In this document: piece after piece, positions 60,801 through 64,000 of the stretch
Layout: every line of letters starts with the position of its first letter
How positions within the stretch are numbered: position 1 is the first letter of the stretch
From: Eledone cirrhosa
Taxonomy: Eukaryota
Reading direction: 5' to 3'
Assembly: GCA_964016885.1 (NCBI GenBank)
Contig: OZ024748.1
Coordinates: 43,586,001 to 43,650,000 of the forward strand
Length of the DNA stretch: 64,000 bases
Position numbers and translations under genes: made by a program
The notes under the pieces: model-generated
What the model saw: only the letters and a program-made list of their open reading frames with translations
What the model was told of the DNA's origin: nothing
The model's database searches: none

Positions 60801-63800
60801 TGTACTGACACACCACAATAGAATGTCTCTTGTACCTGACACACTGCTGTCTCCTTGTACTGACACACCACAATAGAATGTCTCTTGTACCTGACACACC
60901 ACAATAGAATGTCTCTTGTACCTGACACACTGCTGTCACCTTCTACTGACACACCACAATAGAATGTCTCTTGTACCTGACACACAGCTGTCACATTGTG
61001 CTGACACACCACAATAGAATGTCTTGTACCTGACACACTGCTGTCACCTTGTACTGACACACCACAATAGAATGTCTCTTGTACCTGACACACAGCTGTC
61101 ACCTTGTAATGACACACAACAATAGAATGTCTCTTGTACCTGACACACTGCTGTCACCTTGTACTGACACACCACAATAGAATGTCTCTTGTACCTGACA
61201 CACAGCTGTCACCTTGTAATGACACACCACAATAGAATGTCTCTTGTACCTGACACACTGCTGTCACCTTCTACTGACACACCACAATAGAATGTCTCTT
61301 GTACCTGACACACTGCTGTCACCTTGTACTGACACACCACAATAGAATGTCTCTTGTACCTGACACACTGCTGTCACCTTCTACTGACACACCACAATAG
61401 AATGTCTCTTGTACCTGACACACTGCTGTCACCTTCTACTGACACACCACAATAGAATGTCTCTTGTACCTGACACACTGCTATCACCTTCTACTGACAC
61501 ACCACAATAGAATGTCTTGTACCTGACAAACTGCTGTCACCTTGTACTGACACACCACAATAGAATGTCTCTTGTACCTGACACACTGCTGTCACCTTCT
61601 ACTGACACACCACAATAGAATGTCTCTTGTACGTGACACACTGCTGTCACCTTGTACTGACACACCACAATAGAATGTCTCTTGTACCTGACACACTGCT
61701 GTCACCTTGTACTGACACACCACAATAGAATGTCTCTTGTATCTGACACACTGCTGTCACCTTGTACTGACACACCACAATAGAATGTCTCTTGTGCCTG
61801 ACACACTGCTGTTACCTTGTGCTGACACACCACAATAGAATGTCTCTTGTACCTGACACACTGCTGTCACCTTGTACTGACACACCACAATAGAATGTCT
61901 CTTGTACTTGACACACTGCTGTCACCTTCTACTGACACACCACAATAGAATGTCTCTTGTACCTGACACACTGCTGTCACCTTCTACTGACACACCACAA
62001 TAGAATGTCTCTTGTACCTGACACACTGCTGTCACCTTGTACTGACACACCACAATAGAATGTCTCTTGTACCTGACACACTGCTGTCACCTTCTACTGA
62101 CACACCACAATAGAATGTCTCTTGTACCTGACACACAGCTGTCACCTTCTACTGACACACCACAATAGAATGTCTCTTGTACCTGACACACTGCTGTCAC
62201 CTTGTACTGACACACCACAATAGAATGTCTCTTGTACCTGACACACTGCTGTCACCTTCTACTGACACACCACAATAGAATATCTCTTGTACCTGACACA
62301 CTGCTGTCACCTTCTACTGACACACTACAATAGAATGTCTCTTGTACCTGACACACAGCTGTCACCTTGTACTGACACACCACAATAGAATGTCTCTTGT
62401 ACCTGACACACTGCTGTCACCTTCTACTGACACACCACAATAGAATGTCTCTTGTACCTGACACACTGCTGTCACCTTGTACTGACACACCACAATAGAA
62501 TGTCTCTTGTACCTGACACACTGCTGTCACCTTGTACTGACACACCACAATAGAATGTCTTGTACCTGACACACTGCTATCACCTTCTACTGACACACCA
62601 CAATAGAATGTCTCTTGTACCTGACACACTGCTATCACCTTCTACTGACACACCACAATAGAATGTCTCTTGTATCTGACACACTGCTGTCACTTTGTAC
62701 TGACACACCACAATAGAATGTCTCTTGTACCTGACACACTGCTGTCACCTTCTACTGACACACCACAATAGAATGTCTCTTGTACCTGACACACTGTTGT
62801 CACCTTGTACTGACACACCACAATAGAATGTCTCTTGTACCTGACACACTGCTGTCACCTTGTACTGACACACCACAATAGAATGTCTTGTACCTGACAC
62901 ACTGCTATCACCTTCTACTGACACACCACAATAGAATGTCTCTTGTACCTGACACACTGCTATCACCTTCTACTGACACACCACAATAGAATGTCTCTTG
63001 TACCTGACACACAGCTGTCACCTTGTACTGACACACCACAATAGAATGTCTCTTGTACCTGACACACTGCTGTCACCTTCTACTGACACACCACAATAGA
63101 ATGTCTCTTGTACCTGACACACTGCTATCACCTTGTACTGACACACCACAATAGAATGTCTCTTGTACCTGACACAATGCTGTCACCTTGTACTGACACA
63201 CCACAATAGAATGTCTTGTACCTGACACACTGCTATCACCTTCTACTGACACACCACAATAGAATGTCTCTTGTACCTGACACACTGCTATCACCTTCTA
63301 CTGACACACCACAATAGAATGTCTCTTGTACCTGACACACTGCTGTCACCTTCTACTGACACACCACACTAGAATGTCTCTTGTATCTGACACACTGCTG
63401 TCACCCTGTACTGACACACCACAATAGAATGTCTCTTGTACCTGACACACTGCTGTCACCTTCTACTGACACACCACAATAGAATGTCTCTTGTACCTGA
63501 CACACTGCTGTCACCTTGTACTGACACACCACAATAGAATGTCTCTTGTACCTGACACACTGCTATCACCTTCTACTGACACACCACAATAGAATGTCTC
63601 TTGTACCTGACACACTGCTGTCACCTTCTACTGACACACCACAATAGAATGTCTCTTGTATCTGACACACTGCTGTCACCTTGTACTGACACACCACAAT
63701 AGAATGTCTCTTGTACCTGACACACTGCTGTCACCTTGTACTGACACACCACAATAGAATGTCTCTTGTACCTGACACACAGCTGTCACCTTGTACTGAC

Positions 63801-64000
63801 ACACCACAATAGAATGTCTCTTGTACCTGACACACTGCTATCACCTTCTACTGACACACCACAATAGAATGTCTCTTGTACCTGACACACGGCTATCACC
63901 TTGTACTGACACACCACAATAGAATGTCTCTTGTACCTGACACACTGCTGTCACCTTGTTCTGACACACCACAATAGAATGTCTCTTGTACCTGACACAC
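42805..64000. repeat. Large satellite array of 55-bp units (~385 copies in the window, runs off the right edge) with higher-order repeats
   Basis: Unit ttgtacctgacacactgctgtcacctt(g/c)tactgacacaccacaatagaatgtctc; variant units recur at kb-scale periods. Confidence 0.99.

Noticed and set aside
42805-64000. CRISPR array or coding ORFs (73-125 aa) in the satellite
   Set aside because: No unique spacers, no cas genes, eukaryotic context; the ORFs are frame-walks through the 55-bp unit

Overview
Eukaryotic, AT-rich, repeat-dense animal DNA. The repeat content suggests a coleoid cephalopod (Octopus-like), which is an inference. (1) 1-7.8 kb holds the 5' part of a minus-strand Lifeguard/TMBIM (Bax-inhibitor-1 superfamily; FAIM2/GRINA/TMBIM1-like) gene. 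I reconstructed it by hand from 7 GT-AG coding exons in consistent phase, six of them only 38-65 nt. It has an 8x10-aa GYxxPxM N-terminal repeat, and most introns carry their own minisatellite. (2) 9-37 kb is a nest of retroelements, nearly all abutting (TA)n tracts. It contains five RTE-clade LINE copies with a C4HC3 PHD finger inserted inside the RT domain, four degenerate Penelope-like (Naiad-like RT + GIY-YIG) elements, solo terminal fragments, tRNA-headed SINEs with RTE tails, and piggyBac-type MITEs. At least six type I hammerhead ribozyme folds lie in the Penelope terminal repeats, including non-canonical core variants. (3) 42.8-64 kb is a >21 kb satellite of 55-bp units with nested higher-order duplications. 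Most ORFs in the supplied track are microsatellite or satellite artefacts.
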